From: an uncultured cyanobacterium
GTDB lineage: Bacteria; Cyanobacteriota; Cyanobacteriia; Cyanobacteriales; Nostocaceae
Assembly: GCA_963706595.1 (NCBI GenBank)
Contig: OY970166.1
Coordinates: 3,200,001-3,264,000, forward strand
Direction of reading: 5' to 3'
Length of the DNA: 64,000 bases
The number at the start of each line of letters is the position of its first letter. The stretch's first letter is position 1. Under the pieces are notes generated by a model that saw only the letters and a list, made by a program, of their open reading frames with translations, ran no database searches and was not told the DNA's origin. A program made the translations under genes and the position numbers. This document shows positions 44,363-54,306 of this stretch, piece by piece.

Positions 44363-44769
44363 CTGGGGAGTAGGGAATGGGGAGTGGGGAGTGGGGAGTG
44401 GGTTAAAACCCGAATGGTGTCTAAGTTTGATTATCCCTTTATGTTTTACCATGCAGCTTCTGGTGGTTATTGTCTCTCCAGCCAAAAAACTAAGTAGCTG
44501 CAATTTGTGGTTTTATTTTCCGGGTGTTTCATGAACTAAAAGAACATATAACTAGGGTTAAAAAAAGATTTCCCATACTTACGAAGTAAAACTGCTTTTT
44601 GCCAAAATACGAAGGTTATTAATTTTTATCATCCAAAGAATTAGTAACCTTTTCATCAAATATGATTTGACATCAGAATGCAACAGCATCTGGTGAAAAA
44701 TCTGATGTTCATTGCATCTGGGCTTTGTAAGTAAATTTTTATTTTAATAATTGTCGTGTAAAAAAAGCC

Positions 44770-47700
44770 TTGTCAAAAGTTGATGGAGATATGAAAAACA
44801 ATACCACAAATCAACAATCTCCTACTCCAGCAGCTTCTATCCTCCAACTTTTACAGATAGTTGCGGGGGATACAAGTTTAGGATCAGACTTTAGCCAAGC
44901 TTGGGTAATTCAAGAATTTCAACCAGGAGAGGATCTGAATGGAGACACTGAAGATACCAACAATTTCCTATATTTAATCTGTCAGGGACAAGTGCGCTTG
45001 TGGGGTTTTGATGCAACTCTGGGGCGGAAAGTTTCTACACAATTGCTATTAGCAGCCCAAACTTTTGGCGGAGAACATTTATTTTGTCATCAAACTTTAC
45101 CATATCGCGCGATCGCAGCTACTGCTGGCTGTGTAGCGAAAATAGCTATTGCTGACCTCAAACAATGGTTAGACTGTATACCTAATCTCGAAAGTGACTT
45201 ACAGCTATTCACTTATCAGCAGCAAGCACTGATATTTTTTCAAACATATACTGAGTGGCGTTCCCTCACCGGTGCCACTGCTGAAGAATTGCTATCCTAC
45301 CTTGTAGCCCTAAAAATTACGGCTGGTTCCTCCTTACGAGAAGCAACAGCGCCAACACAAGGACATTTTTGGTTGGCGGGGGGTAAAATTGACAACTCAC
45401 AACAGATAGGAGATAGCTGGGTATATCCTGATGTCACACCTAATGATGGCATTGCCCAAACCGATTTGTTAGTCTACCACCTGTCAACAGAAGATTGGGA
45501 ATCGCTCAGAGCAATTGCCCCTGAAAAGCCGGAAACAGAAAAACAGAGCAATTCACATCTCATCCAAATACCGCTTCCTGTTCCCCAGAGTCCCGCACAG
45601 TTAAATCATGTCGATACCTCAGAAGTAGCAAATATTGATTTTCCTCCAGAGGGAAACCCGCAAAAATCAAGGGCTAAATTATGGACTCACTATCCGTTTA
45701 TTCAACAACAAACTGGGTCAGATAGTGGTGCAGCTTGTTTAGCAATGGTTAGCCAATATTGGGGTAAGCGGTTGGGAATCTACACCCTGCGAAATTTAGC
45801 GCAAGTAGACCGCATGGGTGCGTCTCTCCACGGTTTAGCCGCAGCCGCCGATAACTTGGGTTACGATGTGGTAGCAGAGCGAACCAGTTGGGATAAATTA
45901 GATACTTATAAAAATCCTTGGCTTGCCCAGTGGCCAGAAATGCACTATGTTGTGGTTTGGCAAGTTAAAGGTTCGCGCCTCTTAATTTCTGACCCAGCCA
46001 TAGGTAAGCGGTGGCTGTCACTGGCAGAATTTACAGATAATTGGACAGGATACGCTTTATTTTTAAACCCTACTCAGCGTTTTTATACCCTCAAGAGCAA
46101 CAAAGTTGCTCTCAAACGTTATTGGGATACATTGGGGAATTACCGAAAATTACTCGCTCAAATTATTCTCGCCTCAATGTTGGTGCAAGTAATTGGGCTA
46201 GCGACTCCCCTATTTACCCAGGTGGTCATTGACCAAGTAATGCCCCTGAAAGATTTTGATACCTTAAATATTTTTGTTGTCAGCTTCCTGAGCTTGGGTA
46301 TTTGGCGCACTGTCTTAATCACACAGCGTCAATACCTTTTGGAGTATATTGCTAATCGTATCGACATTCACTTGATTAGTCGTTTCATTAACTATACGTT
46401 GCAGTTGCCGTTACAGTTTTTTGCATCGCGTCAAGTCGAAGAGATGATCAACCGCGTTCAGGAAAATAGCAAAATTCAACTGTTTCTGACTCGTCAAGCT
46501 GTTAGTGGCACTATAGACACCTTCATGGTGGTGATTTATTTGGGGCTAATGGCTGCTTACAATTGGCAACTAACTTTTCTGGTGTTGCTTTGGATGTTAT
46601 TCATTGTCATTGTCAGTATAGTTTCCAGTCCATTCCTCAAAAAAGCGTCGTGGGAAATTTTCACCGCATCAGTGGGACAAAACTCTGCCATCAGCGAAAT
46701 GTTTACTGGTATTGTCACAGTCAAAACCGCAGCTGCTGAATATCCAGTGCAGATGCATTGGGAGCAGCGTTTTGAGAAGATGTTGAAAGTGCGGCGGCGC
46801 GGGCGGAAGTTGGCGAGTAATTTACAACTCATCAGGAGTGCGATTCATCATCTGGGTAGCACAGCTATTTTGTGGCTGGGGGTAAATCTGGTGATTAGTC
46901 AACAGATGTCACTGGGTAGATTTGTGGCTTTTAATCTGCTTGCGAGTCAGATTAGCATCGCAGTTTTAGCATTGGTGCAGTTGTGGGATGAGTTCCCAGA
47001 AATACAGGATGCTGTGGAAAGGTTAGAAGATGTTTTCGCTACCCAACCAGAAGAAAATTCCCAAATACCGCTCCCTGTAATGCCTCCGATGCGGGGGGAA
47101 GTGCATTTTGATCATGTTTCCTTTGGTTATCACCCCGATGAAGACGGCGAGACTTTGCAAAATATCTGTTTTAAGGTGAAACCACAGCAGACTATTGGCA
47201 TTATCGGTGAGAGTGGTTCGGGTAAAAGTACTTTAGTGAATTTGCTGGCTGGTTTATATCGCCCCGACACAGGGCAGATTTTGATTGATGGACAAGATAT
47301 TTCTTTAGTTTCGCCCCAATCGTTGCGGAGTCAGTTGGGTTTTGTGCCACAGGAATGTTTTCTGTTTTCTGGAACTATTTTAGAAAATATCACCCTGTAC
47401 AATTCCGAGTTTACTACAGAGCAGGCGATCGCATCTGCCCAGTTAGCAGAAGCACACAACTTTATTCAAGCATTACCTTTGGGGTACAATACCCAAGTCG
47501 GAGCCACAGGTGTCAAGCTATCTGCTGGACAAAAACAAAAAATTGCGATCGCTCGCGCCTTGATTAGGAACCCAGCGATATTAATTTTGGATGAAGCAAC
47601 TAACGCCCTGGATGCTGAATCAGAATGGCGCTTTCAGCAAAACTTAATTCAGATCAGCGAATATCCTACCACTTTTATTATCTCTCACCGTTTATCTAGT

Positions 47701-47826
47701 GTGCGTCACGCCGACTGCATACTTGTTCTAGACAGAGGTGTGCTGCTTGAACAAGGTACTCACCAGGAATTAATGGCAAAAGCTGGACTTTATCGCCACT
47801 TAGCCCAACTGCAATTACAACTATAA
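44770..47826 (+). CDS. hetC: Peptidase-domain ABC exporter, HetC-like
   Basis: cNMP-like N-terminus, C39 domain, TM domain and ABC (GESGSGKST, LDEAT); directly upstream of hetP; start could be ATG 44791. Confidence 0.8.
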   Translation: MSKVDGDMKNNTTNQQSPTPAASILQLLQIVAGDTSLGSDFSQAWVIQEFQPGEDLNGDTEDTNNFLYLICQGQVRLWGFDATLGRKVSTQLLLAAQTFGGEHLFCHQTLPYRAIAATAGCVAKIAIADLKQWLDCIPNLESDLQLFTYQQQALIFFQTYTEWRSLTGATAEELLSYLVALKITAGSSLREATAPTQGHFWLAGGKIDNSQQIGDSWVYPDVTPNDGIAQTDLLVYHLSTEDWESLRAIAPEKPETEKQSNSHLIQIPLPVPQSPAQLNHVDTSEVANIDFPPEGNPQKSRAKLWTHYPFIQQQTGSDSGAACLAMVSQYWGKRLGIYTLRNLAQVDRMGASLHGLAAAADNLGYDVVAERTSWDKLDTYKNPWLAQWPEMHYVVVWQVKGSRLLISDPAIGKRWLSLAEFTDNWTGYALFLNPTQRFYTLKSNKVALKRYWDTLGNYRKLLAQIILASMLVQVIGLATPLFTQVVIDQVMPLKDFDTLNIFVVSFLSLGIWRTVLITQRQYLLEYIANRIDIHLISRFINYTLQLPLQFFASRQVEEMINRVQENSKIQLFLTRQAVSGTIDTFMVVIYLGLMAAYNWQLTFLVLLWMLFIVIVSIVSSPFLKKASWEIFTASVGQNSAISEMFTGIVTVKTAAAEYPVQMHWEQRFEKMLKVRRRGRKLASNLQLIRSAIHHLGSTAILWLGVNLVISQQMSLGRFVAFNLLASQISIAVLALVQLWDEFPEIQDAVERLEDVFATQPEENSQIPLPVMPPMRGEVHFDHVSFGYHPDEDGETLQNICFKVKPQQTIGIIGESGSGKSTLVNLLAGLYRPDTGQILIDGQDISLVSPQSLRSQLGFVPQECFLFSGTILENITLYNSEFTTEQAIASAQLAEAHNFIQALPLGYNTQVGATGVKLSAGQKQKIAIARALIRNPAILILDEATNALDAESEWRFQQNLIQISEYPTTFIISHRLSSVRHADCILVLDRGVLLEQGTHQELMAKAGLYRHLAQLQLQL

Positions 47827-47862
47827 TCCCCAGACTGACGATTTTTTTCCGGATTAACTTTA

Positions 47863-47876
47863 GTAACGTACTCTAC
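47863..47876. promoter_or_regulatory. Possible NtcA box, 9 nt after a TCCGGA (DIF1-like) hexamer at 47848-47853
   Basis: GTAACGTACTCTAC matches GTA-N8-TAC; no canonically spaced -10 seen. Confidence 0.35.
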
Positions 47877-48328
47877 AAAATAAACTGCGCTGATTTTTTG
47901 AATTACATCAATAGTTTTCAGACAAAACCTGCTACATCATACTTTTAGAACATCCTCAAAAGGATGTTTGATTTTAGGCAGCTTCAAAATATTTAAAAAT
48001 TTTATAAATAATACCATGAAGCATTAATAAGTACAAATTATTCTTTGTAATTACTTGCTTAAGCTCAGAAAAATAAATGATGATTTTCTGTAACTTTATC
48101 AGGTGTATTTTGCCTAAAAACAGTTCATAACCAGCTATTTTGGTCATTTATCGGAAATAAAATATTGCAAATAGATAGGAATTATTGGCAATAATTAAAT
48201 CTTCATCAGATATTTTTGGTTTTTTGATGTTGTTTACATGGCTTTAATTATCAGTTGTTTATGAATCTATTTAGTGGTAAATTTTCTAGTACGCTGATAA
48301 ATAAACAAGTCTCAAATGTGTTACAAGC

Positions 48329-48345
48329 GAGGGGTTCGACCCCCC
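48329..48345. promoter_or_regulatory. HetR-binding inverted repeat upstream of hetP
   Basis: GAGGGGTTCGACCCCCC resembles the Anabaena hetP HetR site (GAGGGGTCTAACCCCTC, from memory); about 800 bp upstream of hetP. Confidence 0.75.
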
Positions 48346-49144
48346 TAGTGATTAGTAACTAAATAGCATAAAATGAACTTACACAATACATGAGTAGAGA
48401 TGAAAACAGTCAGTAAATGTAATGATATATCTCCTGAAATCAGAGATGACATTAATAGGAAAAAGTAGTATAATTACTAAAAGTGTTCTTACTTAATGTA
48501 CTCATCCAAGTAGTTCACTTTTAAAATAATTAACTAAATTTTAAAAAATGCTCTTAACTTGAGAGCAGAAAAAATATACAAAAGATTATCAGGGAAAACT
48601 AATTAAATTAGGAATTGAGACATTCAAAAGAGGTCAAAACTGCATCTACACAGCAGACAGACTTTTAATTGAAGGTCCAGCTAATGGAAAGAATCATCAG
48701 GTCAAATGCAGTCGTAACCTCAATTCAAGGGAGAAGTTTAGACATGAAACTTTATGATTTTTATTTTTACTCCTATTTAGCTTCTCAGGTGATGTCAACT
48801 GATAGCAGTCTTGTCGCCCCAATAAAAACGAATTTACTAAAAATAAATATCCTGGTGTGTCTCTGGCCGCAACCTTTAATATTTTGGCTCTTAGTTTTCA
48901 AATCTGAAGCTAAAACTCTCCTAAACTTTGTCTCAGTCCAACTCAATAGATATCTGGTGGACAAGAATGTAGAGACGTTCCATGGAAGGTCTCTACAAAG
49001 ATTCTAAGAAACGTTTGTATTTACCTGTGAATAAAATTCTTATTCCCTCAATCATCAGCCGCACAACTAACGAGTAGCTGTAATTCAACTTTTACACCAA
49101 AAAACAACGAACCTAGACTAGTCTCATCAAGGATAACTAACACT

Positions 49145-49507
49145 ATGAATCAAAATATTCCTGGAATTAGTAGCAACTTCAATAAAGCAGTAAATCCGCA
49201 ACAATTCGATCAAATAGTAGAAGCAATTCTTGCTGGTAAGTATTCCTGGGCGTGTGTTTTAATGCTACGCATAGTTGGTTACAATCCTTTACATTACATT
49301 CCCTATCGCACTTATAATCGATTGTTGAAAGACAATACTCAAGTTAGCAGAGCGCAGCAACAACATAATCAAAATATGCAAGCTGCTAAACCATCAATGA
49401 ATACTAATGCTTCAGCCAGTTGTTTAAGTAAAATTAAAGACCTTGCTTATTTGGAAGTCGTGGGAAAGCAAACAAATAATCTTCGTGGTGGCGGTTTAGA
49501 TAATTAG
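49145..49507 (+). CDS. hetP: Heterocyst differentiation protein HetP
   Basis: [20 protein letters not shown] and [16 protein letters not shown] motifs. Confidence 0.9.
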   Translation: MNQNIPGISSNFNKAVNPQQFDQIVEAILAGKYSWACVLMLRIVGYNPLHYIPYRTYNRLLKDNTQVSRAQQQHNQNMQAAKPSMNTNASASCLSKIKDLAYLEVVGKQTNNLRGGGLDN

Positions 49508-49533
49508 TTGATTTCATATAAGATTCACAATAA

Positions 49534-49574
49534 ATGGCTCTATCCCTACCTTGAGGAATAGAGCCATATTTTTT
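49534..49574 (+). terminator. Rho-independent terminator after hetP
   Basis: ATGGCTCTAT...ATAGAGCCAT stem followed by a T-run. Confidence 0.7.
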
Positions 49575-50315
49575 AGTTTCTGATGGTGTGTGTTATTTAA
49601 CATATCTCTCTGCACGTCAGTAAACCTAGTTGATAACAATAAAATTGATCAATAAAAACTGCCAAAATGGCAAATATTGACCGACAAAATCCTATACATT
49701 AGAGATAACTACTAAACACGAGGTGATTCAATAAAAATTCATTTACAAAAATCACATCAATGAATATCTGACTATGAATCATATCGAACTGACTGTTGTT
49801 GCTGAAGCAGTCAGGATCTCAGGGAGTAAATAACTCCTTAACCAAAACTGACGATTCCAGCGTTACTATTGGTGGTTCTTTTTTCCAGGAAGTCTGAGCA
49901 AAGAAAATTCAGAATAGCGTCTCCCCGTAATTTTAAATTTTAATGCCTGGTATTCAGTCTCTAGACGTGGAGAAACTGAATAAAGCTTCTTGACTGAATT
50001 TGATGTTATCTGGCTCTAAATAAAGTGATATTTAGCATCATGTCCAGTAGTGAAAAGAGAAAAAGTAAAGTTTCAATCGTAGTTATGGCTCAATATGATT
50101 CAGTTAACAGTAGATGAGGTTTAAAATAACCAAATCAAACAATTAAACATCTTAATTTATCGGCGTTTATCGGCGGGTAATTATTCCTATCGGAACCACA
50201 TAGGGTGATAGCTGATAGATTTTATAGCTCTAACGCTTTTTTTCCAAAAATATAATCCTTTTTCTCCCAAACAGGATTATTTCTGCTTTATAAGTTAAAA
50301 ATTTATACAGCAACT

Positions 50316-50351
50316 ACTGGAAGCTCGAAATGAGTAGCTTCCAGTTTTTTT
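50316..50351 (+). terminator. Rho-independent terminator with no annotated upstream gene
   Basis: ACTGGAAGCT...AGCTTCCAGT stem followed by a T-run. Confidence 0.6.
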
Positions 50352-50441
50352 ATCTTGATTCAATCAACCAAATATCTTTCAAACGCTCAAATAGCAGCAT
50401 TATTAAGGCTTTGGTTTTGTACTCTACCCGCTTACACACCC

Positions 50442-50605
50442 TACTGGACTGGCAAGCCTAAAACAGTATATTGGCGTGACAAGCTTAAAATAGTGCATTA
50501 CGAAAAAGGCATAAGTATTGATTTATCTTGATTTTCTCAAAAATCTATTGCAACATTTTAGCCTTGTCACGCCAGTAGTGGCGTGGCAAGCTTAAAATGT
50601 TGCAA
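50442..50605. repeat. Cluster of TAnTGGCGTGnCAAGnnTAAAAT MITE-end repeats
   Basis: Four copies in direct and inverted orientation; one element at 50469-50577 and a long hairpin at about 50548-50605. Confidence 0.65.
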
Positions 50606-50634
50606 AAACAAATTAACACGATACACCAAAAGGA

Positions 50635-53292
50635 TTAAATATTTGCTTGTTGGCGTTGATATAGTGACCAGTACAAACCTTTTTGTTGTAACAAATCTAA
50701 GTGAGTACCGCGTTCAGCAATTACGCCTCGTTCTAAAACTAAAATCATGTCAGCACGTTTGAGGGGAGCGAAACGGTGAGCAATTAAAAACACAGTCCGG
50801 TGAGATGAAACCTTTTGTAAGTTTTGCAAAACTTGCTGTTCTGTTTCAGAATCTAAGGCGCTGGTAGCTTCATCTAAAACTAAAATTGGGGCTTGGGAAA
50901 GAAATAATCTGGCTAAGGCGATGCGTTGTCTTTGTCCACCAGATAGGGCTGTTCCTCTTTCTCCGACGTTGGTTTCGTAACCGTAGGGTAATTGACTAAT
51001 AAAGTCGTGGGCTACAGCTAGTCTGGCAGCTTCTACTACTTGTTCTGCACCAATATCAGGATTACCGAGGGTGATATTTTCCAAGACAGTACCATTAAAT
51101 AAGAAGTCTTCTTGGAGAACTACGCTAATTTGTTGCCGCAGTGAGGCTAAATCAGCACTTTTAATATCAAATCCATCAATTAAAATCCGACCTGATTCAA
51201 TTTGATAGAGGCGTTGTAACAGCTTAGAAAGGGTACTTTTACCAGAACCACTGCGGCCAACTATTCCCACGAATTGCCCCGGTTCCACGTCAAAAGAGAT
51301 ACCTTTGAGGACAGGTTCAATGTGTGGTTGGTAACGGAAAAAGATTTGCTCGAAGGTGACTTGACCTTTTAGAGATGGTAAAACTAAGCCTGTACCTAAT
51401 TCTGCTTCTGGGGCGATGTTGAGAATATCACCAATCCGGTCTACAGAAAGTAGAACTTGTTGCAGATTTTGCCATAGTTGCACTAGACGCAAGAGTGGTC
51501 CGGTAACTCTTCCCGATAGCATTTGAAAGGCGACAAGTTGCCCAATGGTTAAGTTTTGCTCAATCACTAATTTGGCTCCAAACCAGAGAATCAGTAAGGA
51601 GGAAAAGTTGGTGAGAAAGTTACCGATATTACTGCTAATGTTAGAAGTGGTGGAAGCTTTAAAACCTGTACGCACAAACCGAGCAAATAATCCTTCCCAG
51701 CGATCGCGTGCTACTGGTTCGGCTGCATGGGCTTTAACTGAGTGTATCCCTGAAACTGTCTCTACCAGAAATGATTGACTATCGGCACTGCGATTAAAGG
51801 TTTCGTTGAGCCACTTACGCAGAATTGGTGTAGAAATAATTGTCAACGCTGCAAATAACGGCAACACCGCTAAAGCTACAAAGGTGAGTTGGACGTTGTA
51901 GTAAAACATCAATACCAAGTACACCACAGCAAAAATACTGTCTAGAATTACAGTTAATGCTGTCCCGGTGAGAAACTGGCGGATTTGTTCCAGTTCTTGA
52001 ACTCTGGCGATGGTGTCTCCCACACGCCGAGACTCAAAGTAAGCTAAAGGTAAACGCATCAGATGGCGGAATAGTTGCGCCGATAAGCTTAAATCTAAAC
52101 GCCGGGCGGTATGAGTGAAGATAAATAGCCGCAGTATACCCAGTATAGATTCAAATGCGGCGATCATTAAGAGTGCGATCGCCATGACATCAAGAGTGGG
52201 CAAACTCTGCTGCACCATCACTTTGTCAATCACAACTTGAGTAATCAGTGGTGTCCCCAAACCCAGAAGCTGCAACGTAAAAGACGCTAATAATACTTCT
52301 CCTAGCAGTTTCCGATATTTCCAAACTGCGGGGGTGAACCAACCCAGGTTAAATGTGTCTTGTTTCGATACCAGTTCAACTTGCCAGACTCTACCATCCC
52401 AGGCAGACTCAACCACGGATTGAGGTAAACTTTCACAAGCATAATCATCATTAAGGGGATTAGCAATAATCAGGTTAGACCCTTGCACTCCATAGGCTAC
52501 CACCCAGGAAGCTGGCGGTGATGAATCTAATTGCCATTGAAGTATTAAGGGAAACGTTAACTGCCGCAAATCCGCCCAACTAACTTGCAACTTCCGCAAC
52601 ACCAAGCCTAACTTTTCCCCTGCTTCCACCAGATGTTTCGGGCTTTGTCCCCGTAGTTGGCGTTGCACCCATTCCAAGTTCACCGGATGTTCTAAGTGTT
52701 GCGCCACCATTGTTAAGCAAGCCGCACCTGTATTCCAATTAGAAACGAAGGGATAACCAGATTTGACTACAGTTGCGGATGGGAGAGGTTTCTGTATTTC
52801 CTTGATTTCTGGGCTTATTTCTTTACTCTCCCCCGTTTTATGGTGTTCCTGGGCAGTTAACCAAAACTCGTCTAATTGGGGAGTGGAAAACTCTGCCCAC
52901 AGCGCCGTATTCCAACACACTACTACTACTTCTTTGCTAGCAGCTACGGCTTTGCAATCCACAGTTAGATGATATAAGTCGCCAAACCAATCCCCTGCTT
53001 GTAGCGCTGCTAAAGGCTTACCCTCTCCTTCTGACCGCAACCGGACTTTACCAGTAAAAATCCAAAACTGCTCACCGGCGGCTGCGGTTGACCAAATTTT
53101 TTCTCCTAGACTATACTGACGGATTTCCGCCTGATTTTGCAATTGAGATTGTTGTTCATTCGTCAGCCAAGATAAGGGCGGTTGATTCCAAGGTATGGAA
53201 GCGAGGGCGTTTACTTGTAGAGATTGATTATTCAGAACTTTTAGCTCATTTGTAGTTTGACCGTCAGCTTTTGAATTTTCTCGACTAGCCAT
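50635..53292 (-). CDS. Type I secretion ABC transporter (HlyB-like) with cNMP and C39-like domains
   Basis: GRSGSGKST, LSGGQRQR, LDEATSALD and TQVVIDKV motifs; C39-like domain lacks the catalytic Cys context. Confidence 0.9.
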   Translation of the reverse strand: MASRENSKADGQTTNELKVLNNQSLQVNALASIPWNQPPLSWLTNEQQSQLQNQAEIRQYSLGEKIWSTAAAGEQFWIFTGKVRLRSEGEGKPLAALQAGDWFGDLYHLTVDCKAVAASKEVVVVCWNTALWAEFSTPQLDEFWLTAQEHHKTGESKEISPEIKEIQKPLPSATVVKSGYPFVSNWNTGAACLTMVAQHLEHPVNLEWVQRQLRGQSPKHLVEAGEKLGLVLRKLQVSWADLRQLTFPLILQWQLDSSPPASWVVAYGVQGSNLIIANPLNDDYACESLPQSVVESAWDGRVWQVELVSKQDTFNLGWFTPAVWKYRKLLGEVLLASFTLQLLGLGTPLITQVVIDKVMVQQSLPTLDVMAIALLMIAAFESILGILRLFIFTHTARRLDLSLSAQLFRHLMRLPLAYFESRRVGDTIARVQELEQIRQFLTGTALTVILDSIFAVVYLVLMFYYNVQLTFVALAVLPLFAALTIISTPILRKWLNETFNRSADSQSFLVETVSGIHSVKAHAAEPVARDRWEGLFARFVRTGFKASTTSNISSNIGNFLTNFSSLLILWFGAKLVIEQNLTIGQLVAFQMLSGRVTGPLLRLVQLWQNLQQVLLSVDRIGDILNIAPEAELGTGLVLPSLKGQVTFEQIFFRYQPHIEPVLKGISFDVEPGQFVGIVGRSGSGKSTLSKLLQRLYQIESGRILIDGFDIKSADLASLRQQISVVLQEDFLFNGTVLENITLGNPDIGAEQVVEAARLAVAHDFISQLPYGYETNVGERGTALSGGQRQRIALARLFLSQAPILVLDEATSALDSETEQQVLQNLQKVSSHRTVFLIAHRFAPLKRADMILVLERGVIAERGTHLDLLQQKGLYWSLYQRQQANI

Positions 53293-53999
53293 TTCTCAAA
53301 TAATTCATTTTGTAGTGCTTGTTGGAGTTGTATATCTTCTAAAGACGCTGGCAAAAATTGTTCTACGCGAAATAAGCCATAACGTCCTTCGATTTCTATA
53401 GGGCCGACAACTTGACCAGGATTAGCTATATCAATAACTGCTCTCAATTGATCTGGCATTGTGCCTCGGCTGACTGGCCCCATCATGCCGTTGACCATTC
53501 GATCCTCTGACAAGGAATATTCTTTAGCTAGTTGCTCAAAACTACCTCCTTCTTCAATTTGGGTATGTAGTTCTTCAGCTATTTCTCGATTGTCAACAAC
53601 AATCCGGGAAACTATCACCCGATCTAGAAAAATTTTGCGTTCAATAAAGTATTCAGAGATTTTTGGTTCTGTAATCAAAACCTTCAATTTTTCTAATTTG
53701 AAACTAAAGGCAATTGATTCGTAAAATGCCGCGTAATCTGTCACATTTTTCTGTAACCATTCTTGAAAACTTTCGGGGTCATTTAGTTGATTTTTTAAGC
53801 GGAAATCAATGATGGTCTGTTCTGTTAAAGCCGGGCTGATTTGGATGTCATCTCGCTCTTGGATTTCTTGGGAGATTACATACTGTTTGAGAATGTCGCC
53901 AATGAAGTGCGCTAATTTTCCAGAGGCTTGCAGATATTTTACTGCCTGATTTATAAATATTGGCTGGTCATTTACTGTCAAAAATGATGAAGATTCCAT
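53241..53999 (-). CDS. PpiC/parvulin-type peptidyl-prolyl isomerase
   Basis: SFEQLAKEYS and GMMGPV motifs; overlaps the ABC gene. Confidence 0.85.
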   Translation of the reverse strand: MESSSFLTVNDQPIFINQAVKYLQASGKLAHFIGDILKQYVISQEIQERDDIQISPALTEQTIIDFRLKNQLNDPESFQEWLQKNVTDYAAFYESIAFSFKLEKLKVLITEPKISEYFIERKIFLDRVIVSRIVVDNREIAEELHTQIEEGGSFEQLAKEYSLSEDRMVNGMMGPVSRGTMPDQLRAVIDIANPGQVVGPIEIEGRYGLFRVEQFLPASLEDIQLQQALQNELFEKWLVEKIQKLTVKLQMS

Positions 54000-54306
54000 G
54001 AACTAATCTGATAAAGAACAGCGAAAGTTTGATATTTTACAAAATATATATAGTAAGGCGCTTTGATTTTTGATAGCTTGCGTAGGTGGGGAGTGGGGAG
54101 TAGGGAGTGGGGAGTGGGAAAAAGCCATTTTGAGTTGTAAGCGCAAAGCGCAGGCTACGCCAACAGAAATCAAATAGAAGTCCTATATGAGATATATGAG
54201 CAACTTTACATTTTAGACAAGCGGAAATTTTAACCGTTGTATAGATACACGGAAGTTACACCTGAAGAGTGTTATGTAAATTTACTTGTAATTTTTGAGA
54301 AAGAAT

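Noticed and set aside
48326..48348. GGGGTTCGACCCCC looks like a tRNA T-arm or integration-site remnant
   Set aside because: No D-arm, anticodon arm or acceptor stem; position and symmetry fit the hetP HetR site better
48400..48468. 22-aa ORF MKTVSKCNDISPEIRDDINRKK as a PatS/PatC-like peptide
   Set aside because: No RG(S/T)GR motif or other support; expected by chance
48669..49007. 112-aa ORF upstream of hetP
   Set aside because: Non-ATG start, runs through a REP-like palindrome, no motifs
50442..50605. Repeats as a mini CRISPR array
   Set aside because: Mixed orientation, irregular spacing and no cas genes; better explained as MITE ends
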